Positions 44,366 through 54,672 of a DNA stretch of 64,000 nt are shown one piece after another; the stretch's first letter is position 1; every line of letters begins with the position of its first letter. Below the pieces are notes generated by a model, which was not told where the DNA came from, made no database searches, and worked only from the letters and a program-made list of their open reading frames with translations. Origin of the DNA: a virus; the IMG/VR virus record IMGVR_UViG_3300032285_002723, positions 1-64,000 of that record. One strand, written 5' to 3'. The translations under genes were made by a program, and so were the position numbers.

Positions 44366-44956
44366 ATGTCCCCTTTTGAAGTTTATAAATTATATATTTC
44401 CATTAAAAATCATTTTTCTAACCCAAAATATGATTATTTTAAATACGGAGGAAAATCAAGAGTAACCGAAACTTCCTTCAAAAAAAGAAAAGATATTTAC
44501 TGGTTTCAAAAAATATCTCGTCAGAAGAATGATGAAGAAATCAAAGCATATTTTGTAGCAAATTTTGCAGAATGTAATGACACACAATCTTTATGGATTG
44601 GTGAGATCATTCAAAATGGTGAAGAGATTTATAACAATTGGTTGAAGAAATCTCAAAGTCTTTTTTACTTATTCAAAACAGAAGCAGAAATTTTTATAAA
44701 CAAAGATAGTTTTGTAGAATTATTTGAAATCAAAAACAATCAGCATCCAGAAATTCTTAAAAAGTATTTTCAAGGAGCAATTAGTTTAGAGACTATGGTA
44801 ATTCTTGATATGATATTGGGTTATGTAAAACAGTTTGATAAGAAACTAACAGATCCAGTGTGGGAAACCGTCAGTTTAAGAATTCAAAAATATATGCCTT
44901 TCATAAATATTGATGTAGCAAAGTATAAGGAAGTTCTCAAGGAGATTGTTTTATGA
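44366..44956 (+). CDS. gp59: loader of gp41 helicase
   Basis: Y.SIKNHF...YDYFKY.GK, F.KRKD, ISLET. Confidence 0.85.
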   Translation: MSPFEVYKLYISIKNHFSNPKYDYFKYGGKSRVTETSFKKRKDIYWFQKISRQKNDEEIKAYFVANFAECNDTQSLWIGEIIQNGEEIYNNWLKKSQSLFYLFKTEAEIFINKDSFVELFEIKNNQHPEILKKYFQGAISLETMVILDMILGYVKQFDKKLTDPVWETVSLRIQKYMPFINIDVAKYKEVLKEIVL

Positions 44957-45285
44957 GTGGATTTTTTGATTCGGAAGTGGTTAGAGAATCAATGTCCGAA
45001 CTGGATTCACTTCAAGAACAACTTTTTGTTGATATGCTTCGTCTTCCTATTTTGGATGTTGAAGAAAAGAGAGAACATCTTGAAATGATGACTGATTTCT
45101 TGGAAAAGCAAAAATTGTTTATCTTTAGACTTTCTTTGTCTGATGATCCAAAAGCAATTGAAATGAAAGAGAAAGTTCTTGATTCTGCTAAAATGCTTGG
45201 TCTTAAGAAGGGTCAAACAATTAATGATTTTTACGATATAATGCAAAAAACCATTGATGGTCTTAAAGAAACACTTGACGACTGA
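44953..45285 (+). CDS. DUF1825-like cyanophage protein
   Basis: FFDSEVV, RLSLSDDP.A. Confidence 0.7.
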   Translation: MSGFFDSEVVRESMSELDSLQEQLFVDMLRLPILDVEEKREHLEMMTDFLEKQKLFIFRLSLSDDPKAIEMKEKVLDSAKMLGLKKGQTINDFYDIMQKTIDGLKETLDD

Positions 45286-45347
45286 CCTCATACCTGCTAC
45301 AATTAATACGAAGAATACTTCAAATACTACTAATACGGAGAATACGA

Positions 45348-46247
45348 ATGTCTTTTGCTGATCTTAAAAAGCAATCCAGTATGGGTTCTTTGACCGAGAA
45401 ACTCATCAAACAAGTTGAAAAACTCAACGATTCTGGTTCTAAAGATGATGATCGTTTTTGGAAACCAGTAATGGGTAAAGGTGATACAGGTTCTGCTGTT
45501 ATTCGCTTCTTGCCTGCTCCAGAAGGATGTGAACTTCCTTGGGCACAAGTGTGGTCTCACGCATTCCAAGGCACTGGTGGTTGGTTGATTGATGAATGCC
45601 TAACTACTCTTGGTCAAAATTGTCCTGTGTGTGAAAAGAATCGTGTTCTGTGGAACTCTGGTTCTGATCGTGATAAAGAAGAAGCACGTAAACAGAAGCG
45701 TAAACTGTCTTATTACAGCAACATCTATGTTGTAAAAGATCCTGCAAATCCTGCTAATGAAGGACGAGTGTTCCTTTATAAGTTTGGTAAGAAAATCTTT
45801 GATAAGATTATGGCTGCTATGCAACCAGAATTTGATGATGAAGAACCAATCAATCCTTTTGATTTCTGGAAAGGTGCGAACTTCAAACTGAAATTGGTGA
45901 AGAAGGATGGTTATTGGAATTATGACAAGTCAGAGTTTGCAAGTCCAGAACCTCTTATGTCTGATGATGACGACCTGGAATCAATCTATAAGTCGCTGAA
46001 TAATCTTGGTGATTTCACTGATCCTTCTAAATTCAAATCTTATGAAGATCTGAAGAAGCGTCTTGATTATGTTCTTGGTCTTCGTGGAACTCCAAAGTTG
46101 CAAGATCCAGAGACAGTTGATGAAGAGGAAGAAGTTGAAGTTTCACGTCCTGTGCGGGAATCTGTTTCAGTTCGTCCTTCTGCTTCTAATGATGATGAGG
46201 ACGAGGATGACGCAATGTCATACTTCCAGAAGTTGGCAGAGTCCTGA
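45348..46247 (+). CDS. gp32: single-stranded DNA-binding protein
   Basis: DDRFWK, AVIRFLP, CPVC, GKKIFDK, NYDKSEF, acidic tail. Confidence 0.95.
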   Translation: MSFADLKKQSSMGSLTEKLIKQVEKLNDSGSKDDDRFWKPVMGKGDTGSAVIRFLPAPEGCELPWAQVWSHAFQGTGGWLIDECLTTLGQNCPVCEKNRVLWNSGSDRDKEEARKQKRKLSYYSNIYVVKDPANPANEGRVFLYKFGKKIFDKIMAAMQPEFDDEEPINPFDFWKGANFKLKLVKKDGYWNYDKSEFASPEPLMSDDDDLESIYKSLNNLGDFTDPSKFKSYEDLKKRLDYVLGLRGTPKLQDPETVDEEEEVEVSRPVRESVSVRPSASNDDEDEDDAMSYFQKLAES

Positions 46248-46275
46248 TTTCAAAATCACTTTTTAATTACACTTA

Positions 46276-46305
46276 CCCCCCGAAAAAAATCGGGGGGATT
46301 TTTTT
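46276..46305. terminator. terminator between convergent gp32 and gp53
   Basis: CCCCCCGA-AAAAAA-TCGGGGGG followed by ATTTTTTT. Confidence 0.75.
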
Positions 46306-46318
46306 GTCAAAAAGGTTT

Positions 46319-46978
46319 TTATACTCCAGTAAATTGTGGATTATAAGTTTTCTTGTTTAGTTGATTGATGTATTGAGACGATTGATCGTATTTCATAATA
46401 TTTCTCATATCTGTAATTACTACGGATAGGAATTGTGGTTTTAACACTCTAATTTGTCTCTTATCTTCATTGATACCAACTTCATACTCATAGTTTGTAA
46501 CTGCTTTTACTGGATTTGCAGTGATTGCTACATTATCAAAGGTTGTATATGAAACAGTAAAATCTTCATCTACTTCAAATCCAGAACCAATTACAAGACG
46601 ATCATATTGATCTTTGATTTCTGTAGTTTCATAATGATGAACATCTGTTAATGCTGCATCAGATCCATACTTATCAATCATATAGTTATATAAGTCATTA
46701 TTGTTCAATGGCCATTGATCTCTTACGTTTGTAATGTTATTCGTGATTAAAATCACCCAATCAAGTTCTGGATCACCATAAAGTTTTGAAGCAACTACTT
46801 CTGGTCTTTGATCATCAGTAATTTGATAATAATCAAAGGCAGTAATAGCATTAATGACATCAGATCTTATCTTTGCTCTTTTAAAAAGATTTTTGACGGT
46901 AATATAATCTTCATTTGTGCTTGCATTAGGCAAACGAGAAAGATAAGAAATATTTGGAAATTCGTTAAAATATGCCAT
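46319..46978 (-). CDS. gp53: baseplate wedge subunit
   Basis: YF..FP, RPE.VA..LYGD..LDWVIL..NNI, HHYET. Confidence 0.88.
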   Translation of the reverse strand: MAYFNEFPNISYLSRLPNASTNEDYITVKNLFKRAKIRSDVINAITAFDYYQITDDQRPEVVASKLYGDPELDWVILITNNITNVRDQWPLNNNDLYNYMIDKYGSDAALTDVHHYETTEIKDQYDRLVIGSGFEVDEDFTVSYTTFDNVAITANPVKAVTNYEYEVGINEDKRQIRVLKPQFLSVVITDMRNIMKYDQSSQYINQLNKKTYNPQFTGV

Positions 46979-46979
46979 T

Positions 46980-48512
46980 TTAGTATCCTACATCGTTTGG
47001 TGAAATTGGATAAAGATCGCCAAGAAGATTTTTATCTGCATTTCTTCCATCAAAAATAACACTTTGATAATCAGTATCATAAATTGGTTCAAGTTCTTTG
47101 AATGACATATTCATAATCACAGATACTGGTTGACCATCATCATATGCTGCCCAAGTTCCATCAGCAGTATAATTCATAGAAAAACCAACCAATGCACAAG
47201 TTTTAATTCTATTTACACCTTGGATTGGATTTCCATTAGAAGTTTTGTATTGCAGTTGAAATACATTTGGTGTTCCCAAGAAATATGATGATGCTCCTGC
47301 AGCCGAACCATATACATTAGTTCCTGATTTTTTATCTTGTTTTTTTGCTGCCATTCCTTGTTTAAAGAATCTTATAATTTTATTAATATCTGTTGCTTCT
47401 TCTTTGCTTCTTGGACTCATTCTATACTGGAATGTAAATTCTCTTAATGTTGGTGAATTGAAGAGAAGTTCAAGATTACTATTTGGAACAACTCCAAATC
47501 CTCTTGCTAAAATACTTTCTGGTGATACTGAAAATCCTGCCATTGAAAGAACTTGTGATCCAACTCCAGTTTTGAATAATGCATTTGCTGATTTTGAATT
47601 TATTAATCCATCTGTTAGTGCCGATAATATTGCCGCTTTTACTACTAATCCTCCACCTCCAGAAACTCCCGTTACTCCTCCAATTGCAGTACCACCTAAA
47701 GCCGCTCCTGCATACTTGCCGAGATCACCAATAACTTCTGCAGTAGCAGCAGCAGAAAGATTATTCATATTATCATCACCCCAAGAAACATTATTAGAAT
47801 CAGTCACATTATTTGGCATAGGTAATTTAACAATTCCCAAATATTTTTTTAATGCAGAAGTTTTTTGTAGTCCATTTTTTAATATTTTTACTGCTCCGTC
47901 AGTTCTTCCAAATAATTCGTCTGATTTTGGTGGTTGGTAATGAAATTGTCCTATTTGTAAATAATCTTGTGTTTTATTATATAAAGCATCTTTTGGATAT
48001 TGTAAATTTATTTTTAAATTTTCATCTATAGATCCAAATTGCAAATCGGATTTCAAATCTTTTATATTTAAATCAAATAAAGCTCCTGATAATATTGAAC
48101 CAACAATTGGTATTGCTGTTGCTATTCCTGGATTTGTTCCTGGAAAATAGTTTTGAACCCCTGCTGTTGTAGTTGGATTTTGTGCTGTTGGGTCTATCTT
48201 TAAACCTTTATTTTGTCCTCCACCACGTAAATATGCGGCATTTGTTGCTCTACGTATATCTTCACTTAATTGATTTGCACGTGCAGTTGGTTTAGATGGG
48301 TCGTTATTTGTAAATAATTGTGGATCTTGTATCGCGTCATTTGTCCAATTTCCGTTTTGATAAAATACTGCTGCCCCAAGAGCACCTCTTAATAAATTTT
48401 GTTCCCTTAAACGATAATCTCCAGTGGTTGGATCATATTCAACTCCCAATTGAAGGCCTGTAGGACCTACTGAAGATCTATAAAAATCGTTATTTAAGAT
48501 TTTATATCCCAT
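46980..48512 (-). CDS. gp48: baseplate tail-tube cap
   Basis: LPMP..V.D.N.V.W, N.NLELLF..P.LR.F.F, MSFKELEP; ATG 48512 preferred. Confidence 0.8.
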   Translation of the reverse strand: MGYKILNNDFYRSSVGPTGLQLGVEYDPTTGDYRLREQNLLRGALGAAVFYQNGNWTNDAIQDPQLFTNNDPSKPTARANQLSEDIRRATNAAYLRGGGQNKGLKIDPTAQNPTTTAGVQNYFPGTNPGIATAIPIVGSILSGALFDLNIKDLKSDLQFGSIDENLKINLQYPKDALYNKTQDYLQIGQFHYQPPKSDELFGRTDGAVKILKNGLQKTSALKKYLGIVKLPMPNNVTDSNNVSWGDDNMNNLSAAATAEVIGDLGKYAGAALGGTAIGGVTGVSGGGGLVVKAAILSALTDGLINSKSANALFKTGVGSQVLSMAGFSVSPESILARGFGVVPNSNLELLFNSPTLREFTFQYRMSPRSKEEATDINKIIRFFKQGMAAKKQDKKSGTNVYGSAAGASSYFLGTPNVFQLQYKTSNGNPIQGVNRIKTCALVGFSMNYTADGTWAAYDDGQPVSVIMNMSFKELEPIYDTDYQSVIFDGRNADKNLLGDLYPISPNDVGY

Positions 48513-48514
48513 AT

Positions 48515-49030
48515 TTAAGGAGAAGATAAGTTGTCTGAATAATCCCAAACTTTTGATTTAAATATTGGTTGTCCTCTTCCATCTACAAATTTTTCAGTAG
48601 GAAGTAAAGAAACTTCTCTCCATTCCTTTTCTGGAACTACAAATAAATCAGACATCACACCAGAGAAAAGATATTTATGTAAGGTTTTCTTTGGAGCATT
48701 TACGAATCCAAATTTATTTATGTAGGAATCTGCAACTCCACCACGATACTGGGGATTTAGATAATGAAGATTTGAACCAAAGAACCAACCCTCTCTTTTG
48801 TTGATTTCTATAATATAAGATAGTGGTTGTCTATCCCAGAATTTATATTTTTGTGGATATTTTGCATTATATAAAAAGAAAACTAAATTACCAGGTCTAA
48901 TAAATCCAGTATCTTCTTCACTTATGTCTTGATCTTGAACATTCATAAGTTCATTCATTAAAGAATTAGTCCACCAATCAGTGCTTCTATATTTTTTTCC
49001 TGCTTCTTTGATTATTTTTTCGGCAATCAT
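48515..49030 (-). CDS. gp2 DNA end-protector-like protein
   Basis: FFLYNAK...FWDRQPL...FFGSNLHYL resembles the gp2 core. Confidence 0.5.
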   Translation of the reverse strand: MIAEKIIKEAGKKYRSTDWWTNSLMNELMNVQDQDISEEDTGFIRPGNLVFFLYNAKYPQKYKFWDRQPLSYIIEINKREGWFFGSNLHYLNPQYRGGVADSYINKFGFVNAPKKTLHKYLFSGVMSDLFVVPEKEWREVSLLPTEKFVDGRGQPIFKSKVWDYSDNLSSP

Positions 49031-49494
49031 CTTGTTTGTATTCCTAATTCTTTTTCTGTAAAGATGCGAAATTCATAATTATGATCAGCACACCATTCTT
49101 TTGCAGCACTCCATTTTGCTTGATTGATTGCCCACATTTTCACAGAATATGCCCAAGATTTTGTTCTTCTTTTGGGATTTGTGTCTGGCATTTTTAATTC
49201 TTTTGCTGGTTTGATTTCAACGACAAGTGTTCTGGTATTCCCATCTTTATCTTTATACTTAACAAAAAAGTCAGGAAAGTATCTATGAACCTTATTGTCT
49301 ATTGGTGAGCGATATGGAATCCAAAATTCTTCACTTTTCCAAGTATTAACACTTTCAGTTAAATCACAATATTGCATAAATTTTAATTCATATGAAGATC
49401 TATAAACTATATTGGTTGGATCTCCACCATACTTTTTTGGATTTTGAGGTCTAAATCTTCCTTGCCGATATTTGGAATCGTCTGGATGCGGCAT
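49027..49494 (-). CDS. gp4: head completion nuclease
   Basis: P.NP.KY.GD, YRSSYE, HRYFPDF, VEIKP, NQAKW. Confidence 0.9.
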   Translation of the reverse strand: MPHPDDSKYRQGRFRPQNPKKYGGDPTNIVYRSSYELKFMQYCDLTESVNTWKSEEFWIPYRSPIDNKVHRYFPDFFVKYKDKDGNTRTLVVEIKPAKELKMPDTNPKRRTKSWAYSVKMWAINQAKWSAAKEWCADHNYEFRIFTEKELGIQTR

Positions 49495-49525
49495 ACATAG
49501 TATAGAATCTTATACGCATATTTAG

Positions 49526-50347
49526 ATGGCCAGAGCAAATCCATATAGAGTGGATCCTCTTTATGTAAAGATGACTACCCCGAGAGATATGGGGGGATCA
49601 TCTTTGCCTTCAGTTCAACAAATGTTTGGCAATTTGTCTCTTACGAGTCAATTTAAAGTCAATATGTTTTTGGGAGGTGCAACTGGTGAGCAAGATAATA
49701 AATTGTTAAAATATTTAAATGATTGTGGAATAACTAATAATTCGTCAAAAACATTTACTTATGATTTTATGTGTGCGGAAGCAGTTCTTCCTGGAGCAAC
49801 CTTTGATGTTGGAGAAGAAAGTGGAAGTCGTCAGGGTATAATTGAAAGATTTCCAAATCGTAGAGTGTTTTCTGATTTTAATTTAACTTTTTATGTGGAC
49901 AATGAATATAATATTATTCGTTTGTTTGAAGAATGGATGAATTTCATCAATCCAATTTATAGAACTTCTACTAATGGAAGTTCTGAACAACAACCTGCAA
50001 GTCCTAAAGGTCAAGTTGGATTTGAAGATAATGCTAATTATTTCAGATTTAGATATCCAAATCAATACAAAAGAATCATTGAAATTACCAAATTTGAAAG
50101 AGACTTTTTGTTAAACCCAAATGATCCTTATAGTCCCACAAATAATCAAAATCTTTTAACATATCAATTTATTGATGCATTTCCAACTAATATTACTGCT
50201 CTTCCATTATCTTATGAAGGAAGCACAATAACTAAAACAACAATTAATTTTAGTTATACTAGATATACTACATTAAAACATATTGGGGTTGAAATAAGTC
50301 CAAATATACCAAGACCAACAAGTCCAGATCAACCAGTATACCGATAA
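49526..50347 (+). CDS. tail-tube-fold baseplate protein (gp54/gp19-like)
   Basis: LPG, LTFYVD, FEEWMN, DAFPT, FSY motifs of tube-initiator proteins. Confidence 0.65.
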   Translation: MARANPYRVDPLYVKMTTPRDMGGSSLPSVQQMFGNLSLTSQFKVNMFLGGATGEQDNKLLKYLNDCGITNNSSKTFTYDFMCAEAVLPGATFDVGEESGSRQGIIERFPNRRVFSDFNLTFYVDNEYNIIRLFEEWMNFINPIYRTSTNGSSEQQPASPKGQVGFEDNANYFRFRYPNQYKRIIEITKFERDFLLNPNDPYSPTNNQNLLTYQFIDAFPTNITALPLSYEGSTITKTTINFSYTRYTTLKHIGVEISPNIPRPTSPDQPVYR

Positions 50348-50377
50348 ATAATTATAACTGAATTACTATAGGTCATT

Positions 50378-51103
50378 ATGCCTTTACCAAAAATTGCTAC
50401 ACCAACATATGAGTTGGAATTGCCATCAACTGGAAAAATAATCAAATATCGTCCATTTTTAGTCAAAGAAGAAAAGATTTTAATTCTTGCATTAGAAAGT
50501 GAAGACGTTAAACAAATCACTAGTGCAATCAAAAATACTTTAAAAGATTGTATTCTTACAAGAGGAATTAAAGTAGAAGAACTTCCTACTTTTGATATTG
50601 AATATATCTTTTTGAATGTTCGTGCAAAATCAGTTGGAGAAGCAATTGAACTGATTATAACTTGTAGTGATGACGGAGAAACACAAGTTCCAGTTAAAGT
50701 TTATATTGATGAAATTGAAGTTCAAAAAGATCCAAAACACACACAAGAAATTAAATTGGATGCCAATTTAGTTCTTAAAATGAAGTATCCATCTTTGAAT
50801 GAATTTATTAAGAATAATTTTGATTTTAGTAGCAATGAAATTTCTTCTATTGATAGATCATTTGATGTAATTTCTTCTTGTATTGATATGGTTTATAATA
50901 ATGAAGATGTTTGGTCAGCATCAGACTGCACCAAAAAAGAATTGACTGATTGGATTGAGACATTAACATCAAATCAATTTAAAATGATTGAAGAATTCTT
51001 TAATACAATGCCAAAACTTGCACACACTTTTAAAGTGATGAATCCAAATACAAAAGTAGAAAGCGAGGTGACGCTGGAGGGATTAACAAGTTTTTTCGGT
51101 TAA
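50378..51103 (+). CDS. gp26: baseplate hub assembly protein
   Basis: MPLPKI..P.YEL.LPS, YRPFLVKEEK, RAKSVGE, FF.TMPKL, LEGL.SFF. Confidence 0.88.
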   Translation: MPLPKIATPTYELELPSTGKIIKYRPFLVKEEKILILALESEDVKQITSAIKNTLKDCILTRGIKVEELPTFDIEYIFLNVRAKSVGEAIELIITCSDDGETQVPVKVYIDEIEVQKDPKHTQEIKLDANLVLKMKYPSLNEFIKNNFDFSSNEISSIDRSFDVISSCIDMVYNNEDVWSASDCTKKELTDWIETLTSNQFKMIEEFFNTMPKLAHTFKVMNPNTKVESEVTLEGLTSFFG

Positions 51104-51105
51104 TT

Positions 51106-51282
51106 ATGGCTCATATGGATCTTGAGTCATATTTTAGAATCAATTTTTCACTAATACAGTTCCATAAATATTCTTTGACCGAGATTGAGAATCTTATGCC
51201 CTGGGAACGGGACGTTTATTTGGCACTTCTACAGCAGCATATTGAAGAAGAAAATCTAAAGGCACAGCAAAATAATGCGTAA
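51106..51282 (+). CDS. gp51: baseplate hub assembly catalyst (58 aa, not in ORF track)
   Basis: MAHMDLESYFRINFSLIQFHKYSLTEIENLMPWERDVY...; lies in the -1 frame relative to gp26. Confidence 0.8.
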   Translation: MAHMDLESYFRINFSLIQFHKYSLTEIENLMPWERDVYLALLQQHIEEENLKAQQNNA

Positions 51283-52912
51283 TTCTTTATTTGCACCAGA
51301 AAAAATAATAGGTTCCCAGAAAGGAAGTAAAGAATCAGCACTGAATTTTATTTCTGGTGGATCTCCTATTGGATTATCTATGCTTTCTGGTGCGAAGAAT
51401 AATATTGTTGGATTTAATAGAGCAAAGATTTCACCAAAAAAGAATAATTTGGGATCTTTGATTAGCACTTTAACTACTAATATTTTTAATAATACAAATT
51501 CAGTTTCAAATATTTTTGGAGATAAAAAAGAAAAATCAGAAAAAGGATTTAAACCATTTAATGGATTTTTTGATAAAGTAAAAGAAGCAATTGGATTTAT
51601 TAGTTTCTTTGGTTCAAAGAAAAATTTAGATAAAATCAAAGAAAATATAGAAAATTTAAAAACTACATTTACAGAAACATTTGATGTAGCAAAAGCATTA
51701 AGAAAAGCAATACTTAAAATCATAGAACAACTATCAGGGTTTTCTGGTGGTGGAGGTGGTGGAGGAATAATTGGTGCTATAATGTCAGCACTTGGTGGAT
51801 TGGTTGGTGGATTGATTCCTGGAATGGGAGGAAAACGACCACCAAATGTTGCTGGTCCTGCAATGAAACAAGAAGGAAATTTACTATCAAAAATGCCAAA
51901 AGGATTAAAAGGTGGCGGTGGTGGAATTGGTAAATTGCTTTTGGGTGGTGCTGCTGCTGTTGGAACAGGTGCTGCTATAAGTGGTCTTTCGCAACCTGGC
52001 GGTGAAGATGTTCAACCTGGAGATACCGCACCAGAAGTTCCTGGAAATGTTCTTGATAAATTTAATTCAATTTTGGATAGATTTGATAAAATACTTGATG
52101 GATTGAAGGGAGGAAAGGGAACAAAAGGTTCAGGATCTGGAACAGGATCAAAGTCTTCTGGTTCTGGCACTACTCCTCCTGGTCCTAATCCGACAATAAC
52201 ACCAATTGATACTTCTGGGAAATTATCTGGTTCAACTGCAGCACAGCAAGCATTTACATATTTTAAAAGTAAAGGGTTGTCTGATGAAGATTCTGCAGCA
52301 ATTGTGGGAAATCTGTTGCAAGAAAACAGAGCAATGGATCCAACATTGACTAATAGTATTGGTATGAAGGGAATAGCACAATGGGATGCAAATAGATGGT
52401 CTGGTCTTCAAGCATTTGCAGAAAGTAAAGGATTAGATCCAAATAAACGTGAAACTCAATTGCAATATGTTTATTATGAATTTGCTACTGGAAAAGGAGG
52501 ACTTGGATTAAACAGATTGAAGGGAACTCCCGGAATTGAAGCAAAGACAAAACTTGTAAGAACAGATTATGAGAGACCAGGAGAAGCAGAAGCTAATGAT
52601 GCACAGCGTCTTCAATATGCTAAAGATGTGATGAAATATTCTGGGAAAATACCTACAGCGCCAATAGCACCATCAGTAGAACAGTTGAGAAGAGCACCAG
52701 CAGCAAAAGCATCTGGAGCAGAAGCACCGCAAGTAAGTTTGGTTAATGTTGGTAGTGGAACACCACAAGCATCACCATCACGACCATCAAGCACAACTAC
52801 ACCACCATCACCAACTGGTGGAAATGGACCAACTACTCCATTTTTGCCTTCATATAATCCAGATAACTTCTTAACATTATATTCAAGAATGGTTTATAAT
52901 ATTGTCGGATAA
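51275..52912 (+). CDS. tape-measure/hub-like protein with phage-tail-lysozyme domain
   Basis: Gly-rich helical region; AAIVGNLLQE...GIAQW...RW...YERPG. Confidence 0.65.
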   Translation: MRNSLFAPEKIIGSQKGSKESALNFISGGSPIGLSMLSGAKNNIVGFNRAKISPKKNNLGSLISTLTTNIFNNTNSVSNIFGDKKEKSEKGFKPFNGFFDKVKEAIGFISFFGSKKNLDKIKENIENLKTTFTETFDVAKALRKAILKIIEQLSGFSGGGGGGGIIGAIMSALGGLVGGLIPGMGGKRPPNVAGPAMKQEGNLLSKMPKGLKGGGGGIGKLLLGGAAAVGTGAAISGLSQPGGEDVQPGDTAPEVPGNVLDKFNSILDRFDKILDGLKGGKGTKGSGSGTGSKSSGSGTTPPGPNPTITPIDTSGKLSGSTAAQQAFTYFKSKGLSDEDSAAIVGNLLQENRAMDPTLTNSIGMKGIAQWDANRWSGLQAFAESKGLDPNKRETQLQYVYYEFATGKGGLGLNRLKGTPGIEAKTKLVRTDYERPGEAEANDAQRLQYAKDVMKYSGKIPTAPIAPSVEQLRRAPAAKASGAEAPQVSLVNVGSGTPQASPSRPSSTTTPPSPTGGNGPTTPFLPSYNPDNFLTLYSRMVYNIVG

Positions 52913-54672
52913 TGGAAACTAAACTTTTTTCTCCACTACTGTCATCTGCAAATAATATTGTAAAAATGAAGCGTTCTTTACCAAAAAGAGCAAGGGATTA
53001 TGATGATTTTATTAATTGGTTGGACACAAGCAATAAAGATATTAAAAAAATAAAATTACCAAAAAAGAAGAAAGTAGAAGATCTTCAATTTTCTGTTGGA
53101 TCCTCTCTTGGTGGAGGAGGTGGTGGGAATTTGATTGGTAATTTACTTGGTGGATTAGGTGCTCTTGGTGCAGGATTGGGATTGAGAACTTTATTTAAAG
53201 GAAAAAAGGTTAATAAATTACCAAAAGAAAAGGTTGGCAAAATTAAAGGAATTCCAAATGAAAGATTGAATAATATTAAAGAAGCACCAAAAGGAAGATT
53301 TGGAAGAATTGCTGGACCATTGAATGTTGCTTTTGCTGGTCTTGACTTTATGGGAAGGAAGGGTGAAGGGCAATCAAATCTTCAAGCAGGAGTTGGTGCT
53401 GCTGGTGGAGCGTTGGGTGGATGGGCAGGTGCCGAAGCAGGCGCAGCAGCAGGCGCAGCAATTGGAGCATTGTTTGGTGGAGTTGGTGCAGTTCCAGGTG
53501 CAATAATTGGTGGATTGATTGGTGGAATTGGTGGAGGGCAACTTGGTGGAAATTTAGCAGATAAATTAACTGGTGCTGATAAAATAGATCAGAGACTAAA
53601 ATCACAAGAAAAGAAACAAAAAGAAGCAGCATCTTCAGATATAACTTTTCCAGATATAGTTAATAAATTTGATAAAATCATTAGCAAGTTTGAGAAATTT
53701 GCTACTGGTATGGGTGCTGCAATATCTGGAAAGCAACCATCAAAAGCAGGTAATGGTGAATATGAACCATCAGATCAACCACTTGCTCCAAACGATCCAA
53801 CAGAACCACCACCTCCTCCACTTCCTCCTGGTATCTTTGCAAAAGCACCAGATGAAGTATTATCTGATGCAGCATCATTCCGACAAGCATTTCCATTAGC
53901 AAAAGCAACTCCAAAATCTTCTTTGGAACCTTATGAATTGCAGATGAGAGAAAATGATTCTCTTGGATCTTTGGGAAATGATCCACAAGTAGATCCTGTA
54001 CATACAACAGGATCAGCGCATTATGAAAATAGAGCAATTGATATTCCTGTAAATAATATGGATCTTGGTGATAAAGTTGCTAATTGGTGGAGAGGTAAAG
54101 GATATAAAGTTTTATGGAGAGTTGCGGGGCATTATAACCACGTTCACGTTCAATGGGCAAAAGGACAGAAGAAAGATAAACCAAATTCTCCTCAAAATAA
54201 TAAAGTTAATACAATAACAAAGCAACAATCAATTGAAGATTTTATTAAAGGAACTAAAAGTGGCGATAGAATACTTAATGATCCCAAATTAAAAGCACAA
54301 TTAACAGGAGAAAAATATCAGTTTAAAAATACAATGGTAAAAACACCAGTATCTGATCCTGAAGTGAAACAAGCACAGCAAATGTATAATGCTTATGTTC
54401 GTGATATAAGATCAAGACAACAAGATCAAGTAAAAGCACAAACAGGGGATCAAATACCAACACAAATTTTGACACCACCACCAACTGCAGCACAACAATC
54501 TGCAATATTTTTAATGGGAGATCAAAGTCAACAAGTTGCATCACAACCACAAGTTGTTCCAATTCCAATTGGAAATGGAGGTGGAGGTGTTGCAGTTATA
54601 ATGCCATCCGAAGGTCAGATATTAAATAGTCTATGGACTACAATGCTCCTCACTAATCTTTCTTCAGCATAA
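52912..54672 (+). CDS. tape-measure-like protein with Zn-peptidase (M15-like) domain
   Basis: AGAAIGA..GG.GA..GA.IGG repeats; SAHYENRAID...HYNHVHV. Confidence 0.6.
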   Translation: METKLFSPLLSSANNIVKMKRSLPKRARDYDDFINWLDTSNKDIKKIKLPKKKKVEDLQFSVGSSLGGGGGGNLIGNLLGGLGALGAGLGLRTLFKGKKVNKLPKEKVGKIKGIPNERLNNIKEAPKGRFGRIAGPLNVAFAGLDFMGRKGEGQSNLQAGVGAAGGALGGWAGAEAGAAAGAAIGALFGGVGAVPGAIIGGLIGGIGGGQLGGNLADKLTGADKIDQRLKSQEKKQKEAASSDITFPDIVNKFDKIISKFEKFATGMGAAISGKQPSKAGNGEYEPSDQPLAPNDPTEPPPPPLPPGIFAKAPDEVLSDAASFRQAFPLAKATPKSSLEPYELQMRENDSLGSLGNDPQVDPVHTTGSAHYENRAIDIPVNNMDLGDKVANWWRGKGYKVLWRVAGHYNHVHVQWAKGQKKDKPNSPQNNKVNTITKQQSIEDFIKGTKSGDRILNDPKLKAQLTGEKYQFKNTMVKTPVSDPEVKQAQQMYNAYVRDIRSRQQDQVKAQTGDQIPTQILTPPPTAAQQSAIFLMGDQSQQVASQPQVVPIPIGNGGGGVAVIMPSEGQILNSLWTTMLLTNLSSA

